64,000 nt of DNA from Lama guanicoe (taxonomy: Eukaryota): positions 6,779,824 through 6,843,823 of the forward strand of contig MU054391.1 of NCBI GenBank assembly GCA_013239625.1, given 5' to 3'. Shown here piece by piece: positions 27,770 through 42,384 of the stretch; positions within the stretch are counted from its first letter, which is position 1, and the number at the start of each line of letters is the position of its first letter. The notes under the pieces were generated by a model. It saw only the letters and a program-made list of their open reading frames with translations, did no database searches and was not told the origin of the DNA. The position numbers and the translations under genes were made by a program.

Positions 27770-30645
27770 AAATCTCCCAAGTTGAGTAAATGTACTCAAT
27801 GGTAATGCATAAAATAATCCACTGAGGTACAAGAAGAAAATATTATAATAATACACATTTAACTTAAAAAAAATTTTTAGTTTAACATATTTTCAGCAAC
27901 AATTCACTGCTATTAGCTTTCACAGAATTGTGACATACTACAGCTTACACGTAAAGATTTTTAAAAATTTACTAATAGAAAGATTACCAAGCAGATCAAA
28001 AACATTCCTTTTTGGAGTACAGACATATGCCAAAGTTTACCAAATTATACAATTTAATCATGTACAATTTATTGTATGTCAATTATACTTCAATAAAGCT
28101 ATTTTTAAAGTGAATGTAATATATATAACCATAGATTTAAGACAATACCAAAATGCAAGCAATACAAAGAAAACAGCATTGTTAACGTTTCACCTACTCC
28201 TTATATAAGTTCTTATTGCCCAAATTATGAGACTAAAAACAATGACAAGCTAATCACATTACCTCCCAACTAAAAATTACCTGAAGCCTTCTGAAACATG
28301 GAATTATATCCATAATCATTAATGATGTATAATATATTCTGCTATAACCTGACTTTCTATAACACAAATTATCTCATATGCAACTGGAAAATAAGGGAAT
28401 AATTCAAATACTAAGTAAAATATATTATTTTTTCCAACTTGTTAGTGTTTTTAAATGATGGGCAAGCTTTCTCAAATTAAAGAGCAAGCCTTAGCAACAC
28501 AGGATGACATTAAGAAAAAAGCCAAAAATTATGCAGAAATGCCTTATCATGCAGAAATGCCTTACTAAAGTACAAACAGTAGCTTCAAACACCCCTACAC
28601 TGTTCATGACATGAAGCTATCTAGTAAGGTTACAAGTGCAGATGAAAAAGCTAAGAAGGTATTTCTCCTTTGTTTAAAAAAAAGGTGAAGGTCTTCATGG
28701 GCCTAAATCTCGAAGAAAAAAGCTCAAGCCTCAGAGTTTAAGGTTGCAGACATTCAAAAGTCTATGATGCTGGGTACAAATGCCAATAGAGATTTAACCA
28801 GGTTGATATTTTTATTTGAATTACTGTTTTTGTTAATGTTCTGGTTAGAATTTGTATTATAAGTTTTGCAGTCTGCTTATGAAAACAAGTATCTATAATT
28901 ATTTGCATAATATTTAATGCCTGTGTTCTACCCAGCACTTTACCAATTTTCATTAATTTAATGATAAATGTCTGAAAGCCTCTTTCCTGTTTCAGTTTTT
29001 TATTTTGTTTCTTTAACATCAAAAACAGATTTTTTTGTTTTGTTTTGTTTTGAATTCAGATACCACTGGGAAACACTGGATTTTTCAAATGGCTGAAATA
29101 TACAAAAAATATGATTTAAAAAAACTAAAGTGTATTTTCTCGAGTATCTTTAGAAGGCACATAGAAAATATAATTGAAAAGTTGAAGTAATAAGTAACAA
29201 GATAAATTGTACCATAAGAAAGGTTTACTGTACAATTGGAAGAAAAGTACACACTTTTTCTAACCTGATTAGTTAAAATACGGATGGATACTGCAACAGT
29301 GAAGAAATAACTGAAGAAAATATACTGTATTCTCAACAGTAATTTACTTCCTTAATGAAAACTATATTTTAAGGAAAACCTTTGTAACAGTAACCACTGA
29401 TAGAGCTGATACTTTAACTGAAATACAAAACTGCCTCTGGAACTACACTACGTATAGTACTATATATGAAATTCATTCACTGCATCATTCACAGAATAGC
29501 TTTTACAATGAAGAAATTTAATCCTTAAGAGGACGAAGTGCTATGTCATCTACACTGTTAAAATTTATAAAAATAGGATTGTTAAAAGTGTAACAGAATT
29601 TTCTGTTCTTTGTAATGAGATGAAGAATGTCCATAAAAAAACTTAATTTCACATGAAAGTTTTCTAGCTATTTTGTCACAATGAACTTTTAAAAGTCATC
29701 GAACTTACAGATGAATTACTATTTTTCTCCTATAAAAAGGTAAATGCTCCAAATTTGTTGAGCTTGCCTATGATAACAAGTACTTATTAACAATATGCTG
29801 GCAGATATTTGGGGAGAAAATTAATAGAATTTTTCTTAATTAAGTAAAAGTAATATTTTAACAATTAATGAGAAAAGTGAAGAAAAGTTTTCTTTTTGGA
29901 AGAAATTCCTGCTGTGGAAAAAGTATTTTAAAAGGGGATGTGTCTGGAAATGTTTCCATCCATATGTGAATTTTAACAGATAACAACATGCTTTGCCTAT
30001 TAAAATTGCTTTTTAACGTTCATATCCATGTTTTAAAAACTATAATTTTCTGACCCAGTTAAAGATGTTCAGTGAGTTTTAAACTCATGTGTTAAAACAT
30101 AAAAATACAATTATTTCTGATTTGGCCATCAAGGAAAACTAACTGAATCTCAGTAACTACACAAAAATGGTGTATAACTGGTGGTCAGAATGGGAAAATG
30201 AGCACTGTGATTTAGTAACTGCAGCCACTGATACATTTATTGTGCTTCTTCCACTTGTATCCATACATTTTTGTGAAATTTAAAAAAAAAAAGAAAGAAA
30301 GAAAGAAAAATATCCTGTAATAGACCTTAAAACCCAGTAGCAAAATACACTGAACTTCGAACCTGATCTTCAATTCACTGTGACAACATTAAGCCAAAAT
30401 TTTTGGAAAGCAATTCAGCATATTTAGTGAGAAAATTTTTCTATCATTATAAAATTATCTCAAAAAATATTGTTTATAGATTCAGTTTATACTTTTGAAC
30501 TCCTATTTTATGTGTATTATATAATGTACATAATATTTTAATATAGTGGCACATGTATACAAATTATAAGTAATGACACATCTATTTCAAGATATTTCAA
30601 AACTCTATTATTGATGAAATACAAGATTAGAAGTTTGGAGATCAA
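27770..30645 (+). mobile_element. Fragmented hAT-Charlie fossil (Charlie4-like), interrupted by other repeats
   Basis: 5'-end-like AATCCACTGAGGTACAAGAAGAAAATATT (about 27820); transposase C-terminal remnants CLEMFPS (about 29940), LLPLVSIHFCE (about 30245), LNFEPDL (about 30350); 3'-end-like AAGTTTGGAGATCA. Confidence 0.5.
28480..28760 (+). mobile_element. Tigger-family transposase fragment
   Basis: ATGAAGCTATCTAGTAAGGTTACAAGTGCAGATGAAAAAGCT (KLSSKVTSADEKA) resembles the pogo/Tigger GEAASAD motif. Confidence 0.45.
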
Positions 30646-30739
30646 ATTCCTTAAACTAAGGGATTTTTTTTATTATCCTTAAAGGTAAACATTTTTTATT
30701 TTTTATAATCCAAGTAAACTAGTGTAAATAAATATTTAG

Positions 30740-33080
30740 CCAGCATCTTAATATCAACATTTCCAAAACAATTCATATTTTCTCATTCAAATCTTACCTA
30801 GTCTATATCTAATAAGCAGTGCCATCTTATGTAAGTCAGATTCAGAAATCCTTCTCATTGTTCTTTATATCAAGTCATCCCCTCTGTACTGCAGATACTT
30901 CCCCTAAGGTCTTGCAGCAGCTCCCTTTTCCATTCCATTCCCTATCATGTTTTGCTCAGATTCTCATTATTTCTTACCTACTAACTAGTTTCCCTGCCTT
31001 TAATCACTCTCTGCTCCAGCCCATCTCCAGTCTACTAATGACTAGTCAATCTTCTTGACATTTAAATCTGTATGTTTCCTTAAAATTATTCAACAGCCCA
31101 CAAATGCTTAGAGAATAAAGTTTAAAATCCTTAACCAGCAATCAAAATTCTTTGTAGAAGGCCCTATCAACCTTCTCCAATCTTATTTCCCACTATTCTA
31201 CTGCTCTTCATTCATATTTGCTCTAGATTTGTACTACCCCATATAGAAGCCACTGGCTACATGGGGCCACTGAGCACTTGAAACGTGCTAGCCCAAAATG
31301 AGATATGCTGTAAATGCAAATACACATTACATTTCAAAGATTTAGTGCCAAAATAAGAATGTAAACTATCTCATTAATAATTTTTAATATTGACTATATG
31401 TTAAAATAATATTTTGGTTATATTAAATTAAATATATTATTAAAATTAATTTCAGCTTTCTGTTTTTAAAAATACAGCTACTAGAAAAATTTAGATTTTA
31501 TATTTGGCTCACATTATATCTAGCTGATAGAACTGTCTAGACCAACAAAACTTTAACCTTTCACACTGATTTTTCTACCTTCATAACTTCGCTCACATCA
31601 GTCTTTCATATCACAGAACATTCAACACTTGCTCATCATTTGTCGAGGTGTAACCATGTACCGTGACTAAGTGCTAAACTAAGAAAATGTTCTTCATGAT
31701 TATCTCTACTTACCAAATATTATCTCTGCTTCAAGACCAGCTCAAATGCAACTTATTTCCATGAAACCTTCCTTGACACTCCAGGATAAAAATTTCCCAT
31801 CTTCTGAACTTTGACATACTACATGTTCTTCAAGGAAAATGTCACTTTCTACTTATACTAGTTATTTCTGTACAAAATGTATCACATCTATTAGCTATAA
31901 ATCCCTTAAGTGCAGAATTCTTCTAATTTAATTTGATTTTTCTAATGTTTCTGCCATAATACCTTACACAGAGTCTGTTCTCAAATATTAAATCAGATAC
32001 CAACAAAAAGACTGGTGATACAATCATCTAAAATAGAAGTAAGTTACACTTACTAAAGTAAGAAAGCAGGTATTTATGCTAGTATTATTTACATAGATAT
32101 GCAATTCAAGCATTATCTTGAACTTTTATGACCATCCCTTTCACCTTGTTGCTCTAGCTAAAACCTTATTTTTCCCCTTGATGATACTACATCTTACATT
32201 ACAACCCTCTCAAATGGTGGAAACTGAAGGTGGGATAGGCATTTCTTTGCTCCTAGTAGTCACTCTTAGACCACTCTTTGTCCTTCCTTCCCGCAAACCC
32301 TGAGCTTTGAAACACACCATCGGCCATCTACCACCCCTTTTAATGACCGGCCCTCCACCCCCAACCATCACTAACCCTCAGTCTCTAAAGATTTTCTTTT
32401 CTTGCTCACAGTCACGCTCTCAAGCACTAATCCTGTCATAGTTCTTGGGATGTCATTATACTCTCAGATATCCTCCTAAACCCTTAGTAGTCACTCCTGT
32501 GGTTTCCTTAAACTTATTGTTACCAATAATTATAACACCTTCATAACCTCAATTTTAAATATCCTGCTCATTGACTACCACCTATCTTTCCAGCTCACTC
32601 TAATATTTCAACTCCAACAATCTTTTGACTCAACAAGGACCTTGAATCCAGATCCTATCATTTTCTACTGTCCTTCATCCTCCCCACCACTATGTTTACT
32701 CTTTATTTAATTTAAATTCTAGTCAACCATCATAATCACTGCCCTGTGCTTACCCTCATGCTCCTCTCACTTAAGCATACTCTCATGGAAAAACTACATC
32801 ACTGGTTAAATCCAACTCTCTCTCTACTCAGTACTTACTTGCACCCCCAGAGCTAAACTTGACTTAGGCCTCTTCTCTTTTAAATCCACTCACTCCATAG
32901 GAGATTTCATCTTGTAGGCTATCTTTAAGTACTAATGGCTTTCAAATTCATTATCTCTATTCAAGATGCCTAAAATCCTAAATTCCACACGCATTATCTC
33001 CACTTGCCTATTTGATATGCAGCTAATCTGAGTGTCTAATAAATACTTCAGTAACAATTTCCAAAACTGTGTCTTACCCT
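30740..33080 (+). mobile_element. Cluster of L2 fragments (contains MER33)
   Basis: Pyrimidine-rich L2 motifs, e.g. CAAATGCAACTTATTTCCATGAAACCTTCC and CTGGTTAAATCCAACTCTC. Confidence 0.6.
31232..31535 (+). mobile_element. MER33 (hAT-Charlie MITE)
   Basis: GCCACTGGCTACATGGGGCCACTGAGCACTTGAAA...GAATGTAAACTATCTCATTAATAATTTT...TGGCTCACATTATAT; flanked by TCTAGA sites. Confidence 0.8.
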
Positions 33081-33109
33081 TTTACAGATGAGCATGTAGC
33101 ACCTTGTGC

Positions 33110-34160
33110 CAAAAGCAAGGAGGTGCACAGGTGATAAAATTACACAGAACTATACATATGCACTGTAACAATGCCAATATCCAAATTTTGATTATGTTCT
33201 ATAGTTATGAAAGGTATCAACATTGGAGGAAATTGGGTGAAGGGTACACTGGACCATTCTGTATTATTTTTGCAACTTCCTGTGTATTTATAATTATTTC
33301 AAGATAAAAGTTTTTTTTTAAAAAAGTACATAGAGATTGATGGGAACATGTCAAATAAAACATACAAGCCAGCTTGAAAGGGCTCCCAGTGGTAAATCTG
33401 GGACAATTTGAGTTCAATGATAAACAACACTAATGGGGTATAACCCACTGAATGAAATAGGAATTCCTGATATAAATAAATTGATATTAATTAATTAATT
33501 ATCTTTCCTACAGTAAAATGTCAACTAAAGAATATAAAAGGAATACTTGAATTAGTATATCACCATTTGGCAACCACCATGGTAAAAATTAATTCAGGTG
33601 AAAAACATTAATGAATGCTAAAACTAGTGGATTAAAGTGGGAATAGAAACATGATTTTACATAGTCTCAAAATACCTCCCCATGAAATACTTACTAATTA
33701 CAAAGCGGAGGAGGTAACTAGAAACTTGACAGACATCATCTTTAATCAAATGATCAAAGTTAACACTACCTAATGGGATAAACTATATGCCACCAAAAAG
33801 GATTCATTAAGAAGAAAACAACATCACTTCTGTGAAACTGCAGCCAAAAATACATATCTTGGGTCCAGTCATCAGGAAACATTAGAGAAACCAAATTGAG
33901 GGATATTCCACAAAATGAGTGGCTTGTAATCTTCAATATGTGAACAGCATGAAAATCAAGAAAGACTGAGGAGCTGTTCCAAATTGAAGGAGATTAAAGA
34001 AACATGAAAGCTAGAATCAATGCATGATCCTGGATTAGATCCTTTTCGTCTCAGAACATTATGTGGGCAATTAACAAAACCAGAATGAGGTCACTAAGCA
34101 AAATGTATGCAGACATTTTCTGAACTTTTCTATAGTTTTAAATCGTTTCCAAATAGTACC
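33110..34160 (+). mobile_element. L1MC/L1MD-type 3' UTR fragments
   Basis: CAACATTGGAGGAAATTGGGTGAAGGGTACAC...TTGCAACTTCCTGTG; AATGCATGATCCTGGATTAGATCC. Confidence 0.7.
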
Positions 34161-34179
34161 TTAGGAAAAAAAAATCACA

Positions 34180-34580
34180 CCAAGGCATGTTTCTGATTCA
34201 TGGCCTTTAGATTTGCTATTTCCTTCTGTCTGGAATGCGCACATCCATGTCTGTGCACGGCTAGCTCTCCTACTTCTACCAAGTCTTTACTTAAAAGTCA
34301 CCTTTTCAGGGAGATCTTACTATCAAAATTGTCAATACTCTATTTATTCATATCTTCCTCCTTGTTTTACTTTTTCCTCCTTACCATAAATCAGTATCTT
34401 ACCTACAATTAACTTAATTATTATTACTATCTGGCTCCTTATTAAAATGTAAACTGATGGCAGGGAATTTTTATCTATTTTGTTCACTGTTACATTCTCA
34501 AGGCCTAATTCAGGCCTAAATCAGGCCTAAACCAAGGCTTGACATGTGGTATTTGCTAAATAAATATTTATTAAGTGACC
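34180..34580 (+). mobile_element. L2a 3' end
   Basis: TTTGCTATTTCCTTCTGTCTGGAATGC...GGCAGGGAATTTTTATCTATTTTGTTCACTG...AATAAATATTT. Confidence 0.7.
34499..34538 (+). repeat. Short imperfect 11-bp tandem repeat (CAGGCCTAAAT-like, about 3.5 copies)
   Basis: CAAGGCCTAATTCAGGCCTAAATCAGGCCTAAACCAAGGC. Confidence 0.8.
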
Positions 34581-36749
34581 GAACATACACAAGTCCTTGG
34601 AACACAAACAACTTAATATACAATTACAAAATAAGCTCAGTTTCTCAGTCACAGCAAGGGAATACTAAAATAGGTAAAAAGAACTCCACTGTTAATTTGA
34701 TAGTTCTGGGATATCATTTCAACAAGTATGTCTGTAGCATAAATGAATGAGATAATGTCCCTGCTCTAAGGAGCTTAGTGAGTAAACCTATTTCCATCAG
34801 AAAGCAAAGTGGTACTATGGCAGCCAGCTAAAACAGTAAGAAAATATCTACCAACAGCATGCAGAACGTACAGTATAAACAATACAAAGGCAGACAGACA
34901 AGAATTAACTGTACCAGACTTGACTGAAAAATAGATATATAGAGAAATCAAATTTTCTCTGTGGAAAAATGACAGCAAACTCATATTTAAATTAAGTCAA
35001 TGGTATAAACCAAGAGACATTCCTAGAGGCCTCTGATATTTATTACTACATTTCCTTGAAAAACTACCAAGACCATAATTAAGCTAACCACAATGATCTC
35101 AATTAGTTTAAAGTATTATAAAACATACTGAATCATTTGTACTTAGGAAAAAAGTGAAATTCAAAAATCTGCAGAATGATCTTATGGTTTCTATGTATAA
35201 AGTGGTTAAGTTGGTAGCATCTTATTTTATAAATTGTTTTTCTCCTGTGCCACCAGGTAATACATTTGACCTTGCTTTCTTGAATAATCATTACCATAAT
35301 GACAGACAATATTATCTTAAAGAAACTTCTAAATAACAAACATACCTGATCCTAATCCAATACTTCTAAAAATGAAACACATACACACACAAAAACTATA
35401 TTCATGTGCATGTGTACATATATATTAATAAACATGGTTTGATAATCATTAATTGAGCTACATACATGACCCCCATCCATCGTACAACCTAACAGTGAAT
35501 GAAATCCAAATGTATTAAATCCAATTCTAATTTTCAACAGAAATAGCATTACAAATTAGGGTTCTTTACCCAGAAACCTTATTTCAGTCCCTCTATTCAT
35601 CAACTGCCAAAAAATAATAACAAAAAATAAAAAAAAACACAAATATGTAGTTTAATATTCCTAAGTGTGAAACCAATCATTTAATATAAAAGCCATGTCA
35701 ACATTTTTTCTTTGAGGGATTTTATGAATGCTCTGAACTAACAATGTAAAATAAAAGTCAAACTAAAATGGCTAAAGATACTTTCTTTTCCTGGTAAATT
35801 TCCCTGTAACAAGTATTAGCATATTTTATTTCTCCTTCCATTTTAGTCCATGTTATGGTATTCTGATCCCAAAATGTGGTGAATTTTTTTAAGGGAAGTA
35901 GCTTAACAATATTTGTGTTACCTAGTATGACTACTGACTGTACCCTTCAGGAAATTCTAAACATGAGTTTGGCCATTACTGTAAAGTCTTTCTTACAATA
36001 AGAAAAAAAATTTCTTTAAGGTTAAAGTTGGAGTTGGTATCAAAAGTCAAGCAAACTGTAAATGGGAAGGAGATTCCTGTACTTACAGTGCTTAGTCATG
36101 TGGTTCAGACTTCATAATTGCCAACAAAATATATGCAACACTGAGAGAATTCTTAGGGCACACAAGTCACTGCCTCTTAGATAAAGTCTCAATTTAAAAG
36201 GCAAATAACCAAATCATATAAAGGCCATAATATTGCAAAAATAATTACCACAAAATATTCCATTCTGTAATTATTCTTGAGAATACAAAACAATGTTTTA
36301 TATCCTAGCATATTCAACATTACAACTTAATATAAATCCATCCTTTAGGGCCAAAACTTATAAAAACGTAAGTTCTATTGAAGGAATAATCATCAGTTGT
36401 ATATAACAAACAGTGATTGACTGCTTGACAATTATTTTAAGTTACACTAAATTACTTAATTTTCTAGAATTTTGATCCATATAACTGATACACACTAATT
36501 CTCAGCTACTCACATTTTTGTGATACACCAGTAAGGAAGATTCCACCTCTGTAAGAGAGAGCTATCTTTTGGAAGAGTCCAACTCTACTCAGAACAATGA
36601 GCCTATCTTGTTCCATTTCTGAACCTATATCCTAGATTTTATCAAAAATTCATTTAGATCTCTATCTAACTTACTCCTCCAACTCTCAACTGGCACTGAA
36701 TTCAGCATAAGAATAATTGTGATATATCAGACCTCTAAAATTCCGTATC

Positions 36750-37500
36750 TGGTACACTGAACTGAGACTCTGAAAAAAGAAATACATAATTTATGGACAG
36801 TGTAACAGGGAGATTTCTACCTCTACCAATCATAGGCTTAATGTTACAAGCCAATCCTAAAGACTGAGACTAAAACTGGAGAGAAGGGAAGGAGGCACAA
36901 GGAGGTGTGCCTAAATTTGACTACAAAGCTGCAGCTCAGAAGTTGAGAAGCTGAAGAGAGCTTCCAGCACTCTCACGGGGTTGGGAACACAGAAATTCAG
37001 AGTTGTAGACTCACAAAGAAGGAAAGCCCAAGCATGAAAGGGCTACACCCTAGGAATAAATAAGAAAAAAACAGAAATAGGCTAACCCTCAAAAGACTGA
37101 AAATCTGCCTCAAATCAGTTCAATCACTAAACAGATTAAAGTGATCTGCCTCAATCCTTTAACAGAAAAAAACATATAAATCATCTCTGAAAATTTCAAA
37201 GATAACATTACCTAATTAATTTAAGCAGATTTCATATACAATGTCCAGCAGTCAGTCAAGCATTAGGAGTCATACCAGAAGATAAAACTATCATAAAACT
37301 AGAGAAATTGAAAAAAAAAGCAGACTCACAACAGACCCAGAAATATAACACAAAATTCAAAATCACCACTATAAATACATTCAAGATAAGATGGAGAATT
37401 TCAGCAGAGAACCTGAAATTTTATCAAATGACCAAATGAGACTTCTACAACTTAAAATAGGTGAAATTTAGATTTCAATAGACAGATTAGACACAACCAT
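36750..37500 (+). mobile_element. Old L1 5' UTR/ORF1 remnant
   Basis: ATGAAAGGGCTACACCCTAGGAATAA...GATGGAGAATTTCAGCAGAGAACCTGAA. Confidence 0.5.
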
Positions 37501-38840
37501 GCCCTTCAGTGAATTGTCTAAAACCTTTAAAATATATTTCTATTGATATCTGAGGTTGTATGGTAAAATTACACAAGGTTTTAAATTAAGAATATTATTG
37601 CATTATCTGTCTTTTGGGGCATATGGTTTTCCTAGTTTATTATCTTTTAACTTTGTTTCTCTTTTAGTTTTGTTCACTTTCAGCAAATAAGAACTAAAAT
37701 TCTTTATGACTGCTTTCATATCAATTATGTCTGGATCAGACAGACATTTCACATAGCTTCATTTTGTTTATGGTTTTTCATTTTATCTTTATCCCCAACC
37801 CCAACTATTTGGAATTTATTTTGATGCATGTTTTAAAATGAGAAAATAACCTCATTTTTCCTCCAAATATTTAACCAACTTTTTAAGGAAAGTTTTTCAT
37901 TATAATTATAAACATATTTTGTTCTTAGTATAAAAATATGTAACACTAATTGAAATGTCAGAAATAACAAAAAATAAATTCCAGCCTTTTCCTAGAACCT
38001 GTATAAATATATAAATATGTACTTGAAAGAATATCCTTTGATGCCTAGATATGTTATTAAAATGATTTAAAAGTCCTTTAGTGGGAGTAATGGGTAATTT
38101 ATAATATATATCCAAAGGAATACTACATAGCTATTAAGAAGAATGAAGTAGATTTAAATGTAACTATAGAAATATGAAAAAGGTATATTGTTCAATGAAT
38201 AAAACATCTTAAAATGAATAAGAAAAATTATTCAGTCAATAATTTGCATTTCAGAGTAACAAAAATGCTCTCCTCATAGTCCAACATAGCCAATTAAAAA
38301 CTTCACTACAATGTGTTTCAACTTGCTGCTCTCCTTTTTAACAATTTTGATTGACCTATCTGCTTTGTCTACATGTTCTATAAATGAACTGATTCAGACT
38401 TTGTATACATATACTGGCTTTTTAGTTACTATTATTCATTGAAACATAGTACTGTTAAGTACATTTAAAATATCATTTGAATGGTTTAGGACTACATTTG
38501 CTGGCACCAAAATAATTTACAACATATAACACACTACATTTCATGAATAAAATAAGGTTTCATATTTTCCACATTTTACAAGCCATCAAATCTAGTAAGT
38601 TTAGAAAACAAAATATTAACTATACATATCATTAATTCTGCTTTTCATGGTGCTGTGTATTAAAAAGTTGTAACTTTTAAGAGTTACAAAAGCCATATTA
38701 TAACTATATTTGGCCAGTATCCCAACACCTATGATTCACCATTTTGTGTTTGCCACTAAAGACGTTCTGCAAATAGCTAAACCATATTGTGGCATGTGAT
38801 AAAGCCCAGCAAATACGATGCTTAAATATGGATGTCCTTG

Positions 38841-38880
38841 AAAACATATTCATCTCCTTAAAAACATATTCATCTCCTTA
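38841..38880 (+). repeat. Perfect 20-bp tandem duplication
   Basis: AAAACATATTCATCTCCTTA x2. Confidence 0.95.
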
Positions 38881-39939
38881 AATGGCATATCCAAAAACTT
38901 CTTCCCAAGAAAAGAGCTTCAGAAAAAGGGGGAAAAATGTATATTACAAATGAGACTATAGTCCTTAAAGGCAAGGAATACATCCAAAAAACTGAATTAT
39001 TCTTTCATTAAATTTCATGTATATTTTCATCCACAGGCCAGGCCGAGTGCTATAAATTGGGGATGTAAATGTAAGCAAAATAACTTTACTTAAACCTTGT
39101 CTTATTGCAAAAAAGATCTAAGATAATCGAGGCATAGTCCTTAAACTCAAGTGGCTTATACACTAGTAGAAATCAAAAACTCAAAGCAAATAATTACCAT
39201 AAAAGGTGAAAATTTGTTAAAAGGATTATATTCAAGTTATAGACATACCCCTGTAATCAGTGTTACAAAACAAAAAGCACCATTACACAGAACACCATAT
39301 CCAAATTATATTCAGTATTGTGGTATATTTGCTTCGAAGTTTAAGAAAAAACTAACACCACCATAGGGAAATCCTTATACTACCATGCTAAGGATAAACT
39401 ATATCTGAGGTACATTCCCAATAGCTTATTTTTTTGAAAATTAAGACTGAATTAGCAAATTAGAGAAACAGCAAAGGGAAAAAAACCCAAAACACAGTAA
39501 GAGTAATTACCTCTAGGTAGTTAAAAGTTTTTATGTTTTATTCTTTATATTTTCCAGTTTTCTATAAAACCACATATTATTCTTATAATCAGGAATGTAA
39601 TAAACATCTAAAAAGATATCCATAGTTTTTTTCTGGCAAGCCATTTAACAAAAAACGAAGTCTTATCTGTTAACTAGGCAACACTATATAATGACTTCTG
39701 AAAATTTCCTCAAAATATACATTTGTATATAAAATATACATGAAAGTGTTAAGGAGGCATATATGTAGAGATTAAAGACCTCACTTTTCTAAACAACCTG
39801 TGCCAAAAATTAAAACCAATAATTACATTATTAAATGATACATACCTAAAATAATAAATAATAAGTATCACACTAGGTACCTTGTTCAGGTTGCAATCTG
39901 ATTATTGGCATTTCAGATACTCAATAGATGTTCTACTTC

Positions 39940-40082
39940 TGTGCTGTCCAATATGGTAGTCCCTAGCCTCATGGAACCACTGAGCACTTGATATAAGACT
40001 GATGCAACTGAGGAACTGAACTTATTTTAATTAATTTAATTAACTTAGCCACGTGGCTGGTGGCTAACCATATTGGGCAGAG
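39940..40082 (+). mobile_element. MER3 (hAT-Charlie MITE)
   Basis: TGCTGTCCAATATGGTAG...CCATATTGGGCAG terminal inverted repeats; GCAACTGAGGAACTGAA core. Confidence 0.8.
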
Positions 40083-41289
40083 GCATATTTGGGTACAATT
40101 CTAAGGCAGTTAAAAAGAACTACTCAGTACAACCACCCTCAACTGACAGGCCTCAAACTTGAAAAGCTGGAAAAGTAGGTTAAGTACTGTAAAAGTAAAA
40201 CAATGGGGCGGGGGAAAAAAACCCCTACATATATCCAGTATCAGAGGTTGGTGAAAGGAGGCAATGGATAGGCCCCAAAAAATCCAGAGTTTACATTTAT
40301 ATATATAACATTATCCATTTTAAACAATTTTTCTTGTTAAATTTACATCTATACTTTGTCCACTACTAAAAAGAAAAATCATGCCAGGTTTATAAAATAA
40401 TAAAAGTAGCATTAGGAACTTCTACAGCATAATGAATGTGTGATCAGCTAGGAATGGCAAATTCTTCCATAGTATTTAATTTCCTGTACTCCAAAAAAGG
40501 AAAGATTCAACAAACTAAAAGGTTATACAAACAAGGACTTATTCTCAATAGTTCTGGAATATGTCTCTTCCACTAGTGAATTTCTCCTTCAGGTATGCAA
40601 TCAGCTGTCATTTCACTTTAGAGATAACAAGTAAGCCAGATTCTAGAACACTCAGGCTTTAAAAATATTTTTCGTAACAGATTACAAAAATTAAATTTCT
40701 TTAAGTAAATGTTCTACATGATCATGTATTTTAAGTAATGCTTAAGATCCTAGGAAGTGATGTGTTTGTCCTGTGATTACTATTATGTCACTACCGAACA
40801 TAAGATGAAGCTAAAACAAAGAGAATGAAAACCAAAAAAAGTATCAAAATTTCTCAACAAATTTAACAGACTAAGAATAAACTACAAGAGTCAAGGTGTA
40901 TTCATCAGATCTTAAGTACAGTAATTTAAAGCCAAACATGCCCAAAACTAACCCTTTAACTCACAAAGAACATTAGCACAGTTAAATGACTTAAGGAAAA
41001 GGCTAGGTTGAGACCTTCAGAATCATCATCATCTATGATATAGACCTTAATGTTAAATTACCACTAGTCTAGGGTTTATGGTAGTCTTCAACTTTGCAGA
41101 TTCAGGAAAAGTAACTTCTCATTCTTCACTAATAAACAAAAGAAATAGTGGCCTAAAACAATTAGTCACTTGTGCAGGGCATCCCCAAAGAACAGAAATT
41201 AATTTACCAACCAGAAATTGTCTCAAAAATAAAGATTTACAACAAAGGTGTTAGAAAAGACATGGCTTACTAAAAAAAAGTGAGATTTT

Positions 41290-41480
41290 TTTTTTGAGTC
41301 AGACAGACCTGAAATGGAAATATGAACTCTACCACTACTACCAAGTTACGTAACTTCTCTAAACTTCAACAGCATCAGTAAACAAAGATAATAATACAAC
41401 ACTGCAGGATTGTTGTGAAAAAGACATGAAGGAAATGAAATGATGTCGTAAAACACAAGACATATACATAAAAGGAATGC
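41290..41480 (+). mobile_element. MIR SINE
   Basis: GAGTCAGACAGACCTG...CTCTACCACTACTA...GGATTGTTGTGAA. Confidence 0.6.
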
Positions 41481-41599
41481 TAATAAAGAATAAGTATTAA
41501 TTTTTAAAGCTATTAAAAAAACAAGTTGCCCTTTGCTACACATTTCTAAACACATTATTTCCTTGGCAATATTAAAGAAATAATGGTAATTTTTAAGTA

Positions 41600-41930
41600 T
41601 CTTACCAGTGTGAACAAAGTTCAGTTGCAAGAGATAGAAAATGCCCCTCGGTGTCTTTATGTCTGTCTCAAAACAGTTAAGGGTCAATATAGTAGTTACA
41701 ATGATCATCAGGGACCCAGGTTTCTCAGCTTTGATACCATCACCCTTGATCGGCTGTGACACATCATGGTGTGGGATAGCAAGCACCAACATGAGCCATT
41801 AAATAAATGACAAGAAAAGGATACATAAGCTCCCTATTAGGATTCTTCCTCAGTTCTACTTACAAAACTTATGTCCACATTCTGTAAGCCTTAACTTACT
41901 CATGTGGCCAAATCACACACTGCAACAGAA
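41600..41930. mobile_element. Possible old ERVL/MaLR LTR fragment
   Basis: TTCAGTTGCAAGAGATAGAAAA...ATCATCAGGGACCCAGGTTTCT; family uncertain. Confidence 0.35.
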
Positions 41931-42384
41931 ACCACTAAAAATACATCTTTTTAAACACATATATACGTTAAAATATACATATATGTGTATATAAGGTGTA
42001 TTTACATATACAGTCTTTATTCCATTCACTTCAAACCAACTAAATCTTGGGTGTTCTACCACTACAGAAGTAGATATTTGAGCCAGTAGGAATCTCTGCC
42101 ATAACTGATCTACTTTTTTATGTTCTTTACCACTACCAAGTTCCTTCAATAACACTGTCTCATGGTGCAGTTGTAATTAATTCCAATTAACATTTAAATT
42201 TAAGAAAAACACCAACATTAGACCCTTTGATGAGATTATAAAGGTAACAATAGAAACAGTTCTGCTACGTGCCAGTGCTGTGATAAACACTTTACATAAA
42301 TTATGGCACACAATAAAATTATTTCATAGAGGTCTTACTCTAGTATGATAATGGGTTTTTATTTAACATTTAAAATATCTATTA

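Noticed and set aside
41346..41792. 148-aa ORF, the longest in the track
   Set aside because: No recognisable domain; spans MIR and LTR-like remnants; consistent with chance
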